This document shows, one piece after another, positions 52,630-64,000 of a stretch of 64,000 bases of DNA (position 1 is its first letter; every line of letters starts with the position of its first letter). The stretch is taken from positions 101,184,001 to 101,248,000 of the forward strand of contig NC_083279.1 in the NCBI RefSeq assembly GCF_963506605.1, read 5' to 3'. Under the pieces are notes generated by a model. The model was given only the letters and a program-made list of their open reading frames with translations, was not told where the DNA came from and searched no databases. The DNA is from Zootoca vivipara (taxonomy: Eukaryota). The position numbers and the translations under genes are program-made.

Positions 52630-54370
52630 CCTCTATTTCTTTGCATTGCCCAGAGATCTGTTCAAGAAAATTGGAGATATGAAAGGAACATTTCGTACAA
52701 AGATTACCATAATCAAGGACAAAAGTGGTAAGGACCTAACAGAAGCAGAAGACATCAAGAAGAGGTGGCAAGAATACACAGAGGAATTATACCAGAAAGA
52801 TATGGAGGTCTCGTACACCTCAGGTAGTGTGGTTGCTGACCTTGAGCCAGACATCTTGGAGAGTGAAGTCAAATGGGCCTTAGAAAGCATTGCTAATAAC
52901 AAGGCCAGTGGAAGTGATGATATTCCAGCTGAACTGTTTAAAATTTTAAAAGATGATGCTGTTAAGGTGCTACACCCAATATGCCAGCAAGTTTGGAAAA
53001 CTCAGCAATGGCCAGAGGATTGGAGAAGATCAGTCTACATCCCAATTCCAAAGAAGGGCAGTGCCAAAGAATGCTGCAACTACCGCACAATTGCGCTCAT
53101 TTCACACGCTAGCAAGGTTATGCTTAAAATTCTACAAGGCAGGCTTAGGCAGTATGTGGACCGAGAACTCCCAGAAGTGCAAGCTGGATTTCGAAAGGGC
53201 AGAGGAACCAGAGACCAAATAGCAAACATGCGCTGGATTATGGAGAAAGCTAGAGAGTTCCAGAAAAACGTCTACTTCTGCTTCATTGACTATGCAAAAG
53301 CCTTTGACTGTGTCGACCACAGCAAACTATGGCAAGTTCTTAAAGAAATGGGAGTGCCTGATCACCTCATCTGTCTCCTGAGAAATCTCTATGTGGGACA
53401 AGAAGCTACAGTTAGAACTGGATATGGAACAACTGATTGGTTCAAAATTGGGAAAGGAGTACGACAAGGTTGTATATTGTCTCCCTGCTTATTTAACTTA
53501 TATGCAGAATTCATCATGCGAAAGGCTGGACTAGATGAATCCCAAGCCGGAATTAAGATTGCTGGAAGAAATATCAACAACCTCAGATATGCAGATGACA
53601 CAACCTTGATGGCAGAAAGCGAGGAGGAATTAAAGAACCTTTTAATGAGGGTGAAAGAGGAGAGCGCAAAATATGGTCTGAAGCTCAACATCAAAAAAAC
53701 CAAGATCATGGCCACTGGTCCCATCACCTCCTGGCAAATAGAAGGGGAAGAAATGGAGGCAGGGAGAGATTTTACTTTCTTGGGTTCCTTGATCACTGCA
53801 GATGGTGACAGCAGTCACGAAATTAAAAGACGCCTGCTTCTTGGGAGAAAAGCAATGACAAACCTAGACAGCATCTTAAAAAGCAGAGACATCACCTTGC
53901 CGACAAAGGTCCGTATAGTTAAAGCTATGGTTTTCCCAGTAGTGATGTATGGAAGTGAGAGTTGGACCATAAAGAAGGCTGATCGCCGAAGAATTGATGC
54001 TTTTGAATTATGGTGCTGGAGGAGACTCTTGAGAGTCCCATGGACTGCAAGAAGATCAAACCTATCCATTCTTAAGGAAATCAGCCCCGAGTGCTCCCTG
54101 GAAGGACAGATCGTGAAGCTGAGGCTCCAATACTTTGGCCACCTCATGAGAAGAGAAGAATCCTTGGAAAAGACCCTGATGTTGGGAAAGATTGAGGGCA
54201 CTAGGAGAAGGGGACGACAGAGGACAAGATGGTTGGACAGTGTTCTCGAAGCTACGAACATGAGTTTGACCAAACTGCGGGAGGCAGTGCAAGACAGGAG
54301 TGCCTGGCGTGCTATGGTCCATGGGGTCACGAAGAGTCGGACACGACTAAACGACTAAACAACAACAACA
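52630..54370 (+). mobile_element. BovB, 5'-truncated with a 19-bp 5' inversion; RT frame uninterrupted
   Basis: 13-bp TSD atcttaacgcttt, YADD motif, (CAA)n tail. Confidence 0.95.
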
Positions 54371-54537
54371 ATCTTAACGCTTTAATGGAATTCTCTTATT
54401 CTGCATTTTAACTATGGGTATTCGTCTTTGTGCAAATAGGTTTTCCAAGTCATTCTGCCTACGCAAGCATTCCAGTTGCCCCGATGGAAGGATCCACTTT
54501 CTCCTCTCCTCGTCTGCTGTCCTGGGGAGGTTCCCTC

Positions 54538-54884
54538 TGTTCGCATACACCATGGGAGACACCAGGGCTGCGTGCCCTCCCAGCCGGCTGCCGGGCATCT
54601 CCACCCTCCGGTGCAGCGTGAGATAACGACCTGGACTTCAAAAGCTTAGGCACACTGTTGTAGCAGATTCCACTTGGCAGCAAAAATGACAGGCGAGGGA
54701 CGATCGTGATGGCACTATTTACAGGCTTTATTAAGCATATCTCAGGAGAGAGAGAAACATGTCTCCTCTCCTTCGTGATCAGCGCAGAAGAAAATGAAAA
54801 AGCTATACAAAAACGGAAGTGCACAGACATGTGACATACAACAGCTACATGTCTGTACCTTAAAGTGGAACTGAATTCCCAATA
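54538..54884 (-). mobile_element. Solo LTR with TA...CA termini
   Basis: 5-bp TSD ccctc. Empty site in paralog A (~7818). Confidence 0.7.
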
Positions 54885-56351
54885 CCCTCCCAATGCCCTA
54901 GAGCCAAACTCAAGGGGTTCATGGGGGCATGGAGAGGGGGAGGAGTGGGGGGCAGGCCCCATTTTGCAAGTGGATGGGGCTGGTTAGGTGAATCCTGGCC
55001 ACTATTTGATCTCGTTTGTCCACTGCTTAGAAGCCAATTTTAGCATTCAATGATCAATATAGATGTTAAATAAACATAGTTTGGAACGCCATCTGTCTTG
55101 GATGATCTGAGATTCCTGCAATGCAGGGGGTTGGACTTGATGACCCTTGGGGTCCCTTTCAACTCTAGGATTCCATGAAAACTGCAACTACAGATGAATC
55201 CTACTGGCGATATTGAGAAGGCTGGTGTCAGAGTTATCTAGGCAGGAAATCCCACAGTTCACAGCTGGAGTTTACTCTTTCTTAGCAAGAAGACAATATT
55301 CAGAGAATTGGCTGTGTGGTTCTGTCCAATTGCATTGCCTATCAATCAATGGACTAGTTGTCTAGGTGGAAGTTTAGGTGGTTCTGTTATCTCTTCTGTC
55401 AATGTCATGCTGACTATAAGAAGCAGCCAGAAGGAGCCTTGGTTTCACTTTTTCTCTCTATATATCTACCTCTCTTCCTTCTGGTGTTCTGTACATAGTA
55501 TGTGTTAAGATTAAGCTTAAGGTTAAGTGTTAAGGTTTGGACTTATAATCGGTTTAGGTAAGTTTAGGTGAAGTCTGCTGCAACTGGATTTCTTATGGAC
55601 AGTGTCAATCCTGAATGTTTTGGATTTGTGACCATTATGATCATTTGCCTTCAATAGCAGTAAATCTCTGCCGGATGAAATACAATGGCCTCTGGTCTAT
55701 TTTTGGGGATCCTGTAACATGTTTAGGTTGTTACTCTGCTAACTATACATTGAAATTCTGCTCTGGATCAATATTGAGTCGAATTCCATGTCAGGGTCTT
55801 CCTTCAAGAACTCAGCTGCTGAGAGTGAAGGCCCCCAGCTCCCCACAGCATTCTAAGTACCCTCCTCTCGGAGGTTCCTAGCATACAATCAAACAGTGTT
55901 CCAGAGTGCAGCCTGCCTTTGCTCCTCCTTTGTCAGACGTCTCCTGGCTCTGAGAGACAAGCAGGGAGGGTGGCTTCTGGCAGAAAGAGAGGGAGCCACC
56001 GGTGGCTCCTCCTTCTCCTGACTCACCTCTGCCTCTCGACCTCCCTCCTCCCACTTTCCTCCTTCCTCTTCTGCCTCTGATTCTGGACTGCATTCTGCCA
56101 CAGAGTCTCCCAGCTCACTAAGCCGTTACGCCTTCACCTTCTGACACCTCCTCTTCCCAGGCTTCTCCCACTTCACCCTCTGACTGCCTATCCTTCTTCT
56201 CCCTTCACTTCTTGTGCTCTGGGCCATCTTCCTTTCCTGGTTCCCTTCCTGGTTCCCCGGTGGCCTCCTCCCACCATTCCTCTGTGCCCAACCAGTCCAT
56301 GACATTGCTCCAGCCCTCAGCCTCTGTCCCCACAAGGCAGCTTCCCCATAC

Positions 56352-56434
56352 CTGATCTGGTTCCACAGCCGCTGTTTCCCTTCTGCCCCCATGAAAAGAC
56401 GGATCAGGAGGTCTTGCCGGCATCATTCTGTCAC
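56352..56434 (-). CDS. Gene B linker exon (83 bp)
   Basis: ttacag|GT..CAG|gtatgg. Confidence 0.85.
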
Positions 56435-56717
56435 CTGTAAGAGAGAAAAGGTAAGCAGGATGTCAGGAGTGCCTGCTTCTCTCACAGGTGAAACAGGACA
56501 CCTCTAAGTACAGGTGGGCCTTTGAGAAAGCCTTACCTGCTGGGTGCAGTTGGAGGTTTGTGCCCATTTCATATGTTAGTTGTGAAAAAATACATCTCCC
56601 CTCCTCTGAACCCTTGTTACCAACATCCCCCCCCCACAAATTATGAAAGGAACCCACAGATGAGTTGGAAAACCAACAGAATGAGACAATATGGAGAAAA
56701 ACCACCTTCTTCCTTAC

Positions 56718-56799
56718 CCAGTAGCCTCTCTCTGGTCTCCAACGGAGGCCTCTCTGCCTCACAGGAATCCATGTCCATTTCTGCAAAGAGATCCTTTCC
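56718..56799 (-). CDS. Gene B linker exon (82 bp)
   Basis: tttcag|GGA AAG..CTG G|gtaagg. Confidence 0.85.
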
Positions 56800-57000
56800 C
56801 TGAAAGAGAAACAAGGATTCAAAACAGCGAATGGGGAGAAATATTAGAAAGAGAATGACAAAGACAGAAGCTTTAAGGGTGTTATATCTCATTCCATGGA
56901 TGCTTCCTAGAAAAAGGATGGGTCATCAGTAGAGCATTATGGGAAGTTCTCTGTCCTGTTTGGACCCCCTTGGGAGTATCCAGAGGAAAGTCTCTCTCAC

Positions 57001-57402
57001 CTGCTTTCTCTCCTCTGCCTGACTCAGGAGGAAACCTTCGGCCAGGGCCACCGCCTGGGAACTGGTCTCTGCTCCGCATTCCCTCACCCAGCTCTCCATC
57101 TCCGGGGGAAGGACAGCCAGGAACTGCTCCAAGATCACCAGGTCCAGCATCTCAGCTTTCGTGTGCCTTTCTGGCTTCAGCCACTGGTGGCAAAAGTGGT
57201 AGAGTCGGCTGCAAACCTCTCGGGGTCCTTTGGCCTCCTGGCAGCAAAACTGCCTCAACTGCTGGCTCTGCACCTCTGAGCGGAGGGTGTTCTCCTCACC
57301 CAGGATCTTCTGCACAGAGTTTTCCCAGAATCCCCCACTGCATCCAGTTTGGTTGGCATGGCCTCTTCCTGCTCCAGGGCCAGATGAGTCTTGCTCATCC
57401 AT
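57001..57402 (-). CDS. Gene B first coding exon, SCAN domain
   Basis: SCAN motifs as in gene A. Donor CAG|gtgaga. Confidence 0.93.
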
Positions 57403-57616
57403 CTTGCTCTCAGGAAGCCTCTGAGAGATGGGAAGGAATCTGTCTGAATGAGAAGCTCTAGCAAATCCTACAAAACAAATACATTACTGTATTCTGTTAC
57501 AAAAGTTGTAGAATATCAGGGGAAGAAAAAGGTTCCCTGAGCAAGTATGGATGAGTCTGGCTGGGAACCAGTGTAGGACTGCACCATAGCCCGGACTTTG
57601 AGCTCTCTTTCTAAAA

Positions 57617-57678
57617 AGGAGGAGGAGGAGGAGGAGGAGGAGGAGGAGGAGGAGGAGGAGGAGGAGGAGGAGGAGGAG
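57617..57678. repeat. (GAG)n microsatellite
   Basis: Seen directly. Confidence 0.95.
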
Positions 57679-57795
57679 ATGTAAGCCTCTAGCCCTCCTA
57701 GAAGGGAGATTGTGGAAATTTAGAGGCAAGCAAAGGGAATTATGTGAGATGAATCAGCCTGGTGACTCCTTCCTTCCAGTCAATGCATGAAGTCA

Positions 57796-59183
57796 ATGCA
57801 ATTCCCTATTTTCAAAAAGGGGGAAAGAGAGGACCCAAACAATTACCGCCCAGTCAGCCTGACATCAATACCAGGAAAGATTCTAGAGCAGATCATTAAG
57901 CAAACAGTCTGTGAGCACCTAGAAAGAAACTCTGTGATCACTAAAAGTCAGCATGGGTTTCTGAAAAATAAGTCATGTCAGACTAATCTGATCTCATTTT
58001 TTGACAGAATTACAGGCCTGGTAGATGAAGGGAACGCTGTGGATGTAGCCTATATTGATTTCAGCAAGGCCTTTGACAAGGTGCCCCATGATATTCTTGT
58101 AAAGAAGCTGGTAAAATGTGGGCTAGACAATGCTACCATTCAGTGGATTTGTAACTGGCTGACTGACCGAACCCAAAGGGTGCTCATCAATGGCTCCTTC
58201 TCATCCTGGAGAGTAGTGACTAGTGGGGTGCCACAGGGTTCTGTCTTGGGCCCAGTCTTATTCAACATCTTTATCAATGACTTGGATTATGGGCTTGAGG
58301 GGATCCTGAGCAAGTTTGCAGATGACACCAAATTGGGAGCGGTGGCTAATACCCCAGAGGACAGGATCACACTTCAAAATGACCTTAACAGATTAGACAA
58401 CTGGGCCAAAGCAAACAAGATGAATTTAAACAAGGAGAAATGTAAGGTACTACACTTGGGCCAAAAAAAAATGCAGGATGGGTGACACCTGACTTGAGAG
58501 CAGTACATGTGAAAAGGATCTAGGAGTCTTGGTAGACCACAAACTTGACATGAGTCAGCAGTGTGATGCAGCAGCTAAAAAAGCCAATGCAATTCTGGGC
58601 TGCATCAATAGGAGTATAGCATCTAGATCAAGGGAAGTAATAGTACCACTGTATTCTGCTCTGGTCAGACCTCACCTGGAGTACTGTGTCCAGTTCTGGG
58701 CACCACAGTTCAAGAAGGATACTGACAAGCTTGAACGTGTCCAGAAGAGGGCAACCAAAATGGTCAAAGGCCTGGAAACGATGCCTTATGAGGAACGACT
58801 TAGGGAGCTGGGTATGTTTAGCCTGGAGAAGAGAAGGTTAAGGGATGATATGATAGCCATGTTCAAATATATGAAAGGATGTCATATGGAGGAGGGAGAA
58901 AGGTTGTTTTCTGCTGCTCCAGAGAAGCGGACACGGAGCAATGGATTCAAACTTCAAGAAAGAAGATTCCACCTAAACATTAGGAAGAACTTCCTGACAG
59001 TAAGAGCTGTTCGGCAGTGGAATTTGCTGCCAAGGAGTGTGGTGGAGTCTCCTTCTTTGGAAGTCTTTAAGCAGAGGCTTGACAGGCATATGTCAAGAAT
59101 GCTTTGATGGTGTTTCCTGCTTGGCAGGGGGTTGGACTGGATGGCCCTTGTGGTCTCTTCCAACTCTATGATTCTATTATTCT
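57796..59183 (+). mobile_element. CR1 LINE 3' portion (RT region), frameshifted
   Basis: [26 protein letters not shown] aagtca; empty site in gene A (~11837). Confidence 0.93.
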
Positions 59184-59456
59184 AAGTCAGAACTGATTGA
59201 CAAGGGAGTCATTAGTGCCTAGTGAAAAAGGACTAGGTCTGTTGAGTCGGAATCTCCTTTCTTGTACCTTGAAGCCATGGGTTTGAATCCTACCCCCAAA
59301 GCTGGAGAAAACAAGCCTGCTCCCTCTTCCATGGGACATGGCTCTCCTCTCTCCTCTGGGTCTCCTCTTTCCCAGCTCCTCCCACCCTTCCTCCTAAAGC
59401 TTGGCTTGATCTCCTTGCTTGGCCTCCTCTGCCAATAAGGGGGTGGTAGAAGCATC

Positions 59457-61351
59457 AAGCTTACCATTATCCATGGTTCTTACATTCCAGGTTCCTAAGC
59501 AATATTTTTCTTTACAGCATAGGACTTTCCTTTCGCTTCCAGGCATATCTGCAACTGAGCGACCTTTCGGCTTTGGCCCAGCCGCTTCATCAGCTCTGAA
59601 TCTACTTGTACTTGTCCTCCTCTCTTCCTCAGTAGCATGTTGGACGCCTTCCGACCTGAGGGGCTCATCTTCCAGCGTCATAACTTTTATATGCCTGTTG
59701 TCTTTGTCCATGGAGTTTTCTTGGCAGGGATACTGGAGTGGCTTGCCAGTTCCTTCTCCAGGTGGATCACGTTTAGTCAAAACTCTCCACTATGACCTGT
59801 CCATCTTGGGTGGCCCTGCAAGGCATAGCTCATAGCTTCTCTCAGTTATTCAAGCCCCTTCGCCACGACAAGGCATTGATCCATGAAGGGGCCAGTGGAA
59901 GTGATGATATTCCAGCTGAACTATTTAAAATTTTAAAAGATGGTGCTGTTAAGGTGCTACACCCAATATGTCAGCAAGTTTGGAAAACTCAGCAATGGCC
60001 AGAGGATTGGAGAAGATCAGTCTACATCCCAATTCCAAAGAAGGGCAGTGCCAAAGAATGCTCCAACTACCGCACAATTGCGCTCATTTCACACGCTAGC
60101 AAGGTTATGCTTAAAATTCTACAAGGCAGGCTTAGGCAGTATGTGGACCGAGAACTCCCAGAAGTGCAAGCTGGATTTCGAAGGGGCAGAGGAACCAGAG
60201 ACCAAATAGCAAACATGCACTGGATTATGGAGAAAGCTAGAGAGTTCCAGAAAAACGTCTACTTCTGCTTCATTGACTATGCAAAAGCCTTTGACTGTGT
60301 CGACCACAGCAAACTATGGCAAGTTCTTAAAGAAATGGGAGTGCCTGATCACCTCATCTGTCTCCTGAGAAATCTCTATGTGGGACAAGAAGCTACAGTT
60401 AGAACTGGATATGGAACAACTGATTGGTTCAAAATTGGGAAAGGAGTACGACAAGGTTGTATATTGTCTCCCTGCTTATTTAACTTATATGCAGAATTCA
60501 TCATGCGAAAAGCTGGACTAGATGAATCCCAAGCCGGAATTAAGATTGCCGGAAGAAATATCAACAACCTCAGGTATGCAGATGACACAACCTTGATGGC
60601 AGAAAGTGAGGAGGAATTAAAGAACCTTTTAATGAGGGTGAAAGAGGAGAGCGCAAAATATGGTCTGAAGCTCAACATCAAAAAAACCAAGATCATGGCC
60701 ACTGGTCCCATCACCTCCTGGCAAATAGAAGGGGAAGAAATGGAGGCAGGGAGAGATTTTATTTTCTTGGGCTCCTTGATCACTGCAGATGGTGACAGCA
60801 GTCACGAAATTAAAAGACTTCTGCTTCTTGGGAGAAAAGCAATGACAAACCTAGACAGCATCTTAAAAAGCAGAGACATCACCTTGCCGACAAAGGTCCG
60901 TATAGTTAAAGCTATGGTTTTCCCAGTAGTGATGTATGGAAGTGAGAGCTGGACCACAATGAAGGCTGATCGCCGAAGAATTGATGCTTTTGAATTATGG
61001 TGCTGGAGGAGACTCTTGAGAGTCCCATGGACTGCAAGAAGATCAAACCTATCCATTCTGAAGGAAATCAGCCCTGAGGGCTCACTGGAAGGACAGATCG
61101 TGAAGCTGAGGCTCCAATACTTTGGCCACCTCATGAGAAGAGAAGAATCCTTGGAAAAGACCCTGATGTTGGGAAAGATTGAGGGCACTAGGAGAAGGGG
61201 ACGACAGAGGACAAGATGGTTGGACAGTGTTCTCGAAGCTACGAACATGAGTTTGACCAAACTGCGGGAGGCAGTGCAAGACAGGAGTGCCTGGCGTGCT
61301 ATGGTCCATGGGGTCACGAAGAGTCGGACACGACTTAATGACTAAACAACA
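59457..61351 (+). mobile_element. BovB with inverted 5' segment (59457-59891, minus) and an internal deletion
   Basis: TSD agaagcatc. The inverted part encodes the BovB N-terminus ...GTWNVRTMDNGKLD. Confidence 0.9.
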
Positions 61352-61722
61352 AGAAGCATCCAGAAAGAAGAGAAAGGAAGAGGTTTTTGAGCAACCTTTC
61401 CTACATGTTTCCTCTCTTGTACAATGACGCTGGCCCATGTCACACAGAGCAAAAGTCCTACTGATAACCTGATTTAAAGAAGCTAGATTTCTATCTGCTA
61501 GATTTCCCAGGGGGCTCTGAATAACCTCCCCCCTCCCGCCGCCAAAAAAAAGATTGGGAAGCTCTGATCTCACAGGAGACAGTTCCTCCGCCCTCGCCCC
61601 TCCCTGGCAGGACCCCCTCCCCCCAGACTCCCCCCCACATGAGCCCCCCTCCACTCCCTGCATCCCTGCGACCCCCACCTTCCCCCCACTGCACCCTCTG
61701 GGGGGAGGAAGAAGAGACTCAC

Positions 61723-61905
61723 CAGATCCCCGTGGAGGAAGGAGGGCAAAGCAGCTTTTGCAGGAGAGGAAAGCAACCCCCCTGCCCCCCCTTGCAGGAA
61801 GTGGAGGGAGGGGCTTTTCCTCCGGAGGACCTGCCCCCCCCGTGACTTCCTGTCCTCTCTAGGAATGCAGCTCAGTTCCCCTTAACCCTTGCAAAGCCGA
61901 GTCGT
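61723..61905 (-). promoter_or_regulatory. Putative non-coding first exon/promoter of gene B
   Basis: Homologous to 20752-20925, with donor gtgagt at 61717-61722. Confidence 0.55.
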
Positions 61906-62879
61906 CCCCCCCCCCCGCTCAGCCCTCTCTGCGTTTTCTTTCGTGCATTGCACAATCCCAGAGATGCTTTTCTTGGAGGGAGGGGACCCTCTTGGTTGGT
62001 CTCTGATCTGCTCCCTCCCTTGGCCAGAAACTGGAGGAAGAGGTTGCAGGGAAAAGGAGTTTGCAGGAAGCAAGGAACCTCATCCTAGAATGGGAGGAAT
62101 AGAAGGGAACCCTAAGGGTCATCTATTCCAACCCCCTGCAAGGCAGAAATCTCAGCTAAATCATTCAACCTCTGCTCAAAACCTCCAAGGAAGGAGAGTC
62201 CTCTGGGTCCATTATTTTGGGTGCTCCCCTCTAGAGCAGGATAAAAGAAGCTGGCTCCCTCTTCCATGGGTCAGCCCTCCAGATCTTGAGAGTTGGTCTC
62301 TCATGTCTCCCTCCATCCAGATCTCAGCTGAGGGAGGAAGAGGAAGATGCGCTGTTCCTTCCTCTCCTGGGACTGCACATTGCTGAGCTGGGGAGCCGGG
62401 TTGCCAAATGCAGGGAAGGGCACATTTTGAATGCCGTTTTGGAATATTTGGCCCATTAAGTGAGGCGGGGAATCCCTCAAGGGATGGAGCAGCAGCTGAT
62501 TTGCCCCCTGTGCTGTGACCCCCTCCTCTCAGCTGAGCAGGTGCCATGGGGGGGACCTCAGAGGGGCTGATAAGGGGCTCCCAGGTAGGACTGCTGGAGT
62601 CAGAATGGGAGAGCCTTCAAGGTGCCACACAGGACTCTTAGCAAGCCCCTCCCCATCCAAACAAAATCACCCTGTGATAATCTTCTAGCTGGGTTTCTTT
62701 CCCCTTCAGAGACAAAAGGGGGGAGACAACAGGAGCCTCCTCCTTGCCAAGCCATTCCCATGGGAGAGAGTTGCTGGAAGCAGGGGTGGGACCTGTTGGC
62801 CGTGAATATTTTGATTGGCTACGCGGATGAGATGGGCAGAAGCATCTCAGCCAGTGGAGAGGCAGTCATATTGACGACT

Positions 62880-63270
62880 TCTTCTTCTTTGGCGATAGTA
62901 AGATTGTCTTCCATAAACACGGTTTTAACAATGAGTCCCTGGGTGACTGTGGAGTTTAATTCTGGATCCACACGTCCTTCCACAGTGGGGACATTGGTTT
63001 CTGGGAGGGAGTTGATCATGGTGTCGATTTGCCCCCTGTGCCATTGAGTTGGATTTGTGGCGCTGCAAAAGGGTTATTTTGTGCTTGTTGGTGCAGCACT
63101 TTGGTTTTTTGGATGTTGAGTGATAGGCCAAGCTTTTCATAAGCATCTGCAAAGATATTTAGGATGGTTTGGAGGTCATAATCTGAGCATGTGCACATTA
63201 CGTTGTCATCAGAATACTGAAGCTCTATGACAGAAGTTATGGTAACCTCCCTCCTTGCTTCCAGCCTGCT
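62880..63270 (-). mobile_element. RTE LINE fragment with an internal deletion (family of 5405-6355)
   Basis: ELQYSDDN..GLSLNIQKTK and a (GAA)n tail. Confidence 0.8.
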
Positions 63271-64000
63271 CACATTTATGGGTTGTGGACTCTCCATCTT
63301 TGGCGGTCTTCACATACCCGTCAACTGTCCTGCTACGAGCCTGACATCCTGGAATGACAAAAGCCACTCTGGCTTATGATTGGCTCCCAGGATGTCCTTT
63401 TCTGTCTCCCTTGAAAGTGTGACCCCAAAAGACGCCCATTTTGGGGAGTCCTTGCTCTCGCGTGAGTTATGTGACTCATTCAGGAGTGTGGCCCCAAAAG
63501 CCACGCGTCTCAATTTCTCTATGCAACATGTTGGAGGGTGTGCAGAGCTTGGGTGGACAACTCTCTAATTCTATGGCTGTGGGTGACAGGAGAAGGACTG
63601 AATCATAGAATCATAGAGTTGGGAGAGACCACAAGGGCCATCCAGTCCAACCCCCTGCCAAGCAGGAAACACCATCTGGACTATGTCCAAACCTTGGGAG
63701 GGCCAGCAGAGGAGCCTCCCTTGGATGAATCACCCCACCCCCCTCGTGGCCTTAAAAACAGGTGAGCAGCGAGTCTTCCATCAAGTTTTAAAAGGAGTGC
63801 TGCATTATTAGGCTGTCTCGCAGTATGCTTTTTATTATACTTTTTATTATGTTTTTATCATTGTTGTTCTGTAATGTTATTTTAATGTTGTACACCGCCC
63901 TGGGATCTTCTGATGAAGGGTGGTATATAAATTGAATAAACACTATGATGATGATGATGATGATGATTTCTCCAGAACTGTAAGTTCCTTGTTTGATGAT

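Noticed and set aside
52490-54358. 622-aa RT ORF (and the 517-aa ORF at 59792) as a domesticated gene
   Set aside because: The ATG comes from flanking intron or inverted sequence fortuitously in frame with a young truncated BovB, and the endonuclease domain is missing.
57484-57729. Poly-Leu membrane peptide ORF
   Set aside because: Translation of the (GAG)n microsatellite.
63905-63945. CTGATGA as a hammerhead core
   Set aside because: No stem II or GAAA follows; it is part of an L2/SINE-type 3' tail.

Overview
Vertebrate nuclear DNA, almost certainly a squamate and probably a lacertid lizard. This is inferred from Sauria-type SINEs, BovB, CR1, L2 and Penelope-like repeats. The window holds two paralogous minus-strand SCAN-KRAB-C2H2 zinc-finger genes. 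Gene A has CDS exons 11555-11154, 10954-10873, 10589-10507, 7506-7380 and 3028-1437 (761 aa, 17 fingers). Gene B has CDS exons 57402-57001, 56799-56718, 56434-56352, 52473-52347 and 51580-50607 (555 aa, 8 intact fingers). All GT-AG junctions and phases were checked by eye. Between the two genes lies a small class I olfactory receptor cluster: two intact OR52-like genes, one OR51-like gene frameshifted just after its ATG, and one OR51 fragment. The rest is densely nested transposons: a full-length RTE-X-like LINE, BovB, CR1, L1, L2, RTE, Tc1, hAT/Tigger MITEs, solo LTRs and a Ty1/Copia remnant. The most notable observations are (1) the LINE's ORF2 lacks an ATG and follows ORF1 in frame after a single TGA-CAA, a candidate for readthrough; (2) gene B's last 29 codons, stop and likely polyA signal come from the antisense strand of a Copia LTR; and (3) there are candidate self-cleaving RNAs, namely a Penelope-type hammerhead in the predicted OR51 3'UTR caged by its own antisense copy and an HDV-like fold at an inverted BovB 5' end inside gene B intron 1. 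There is one 152-N assembly gap. All family names come from motif recognition, not database searches.
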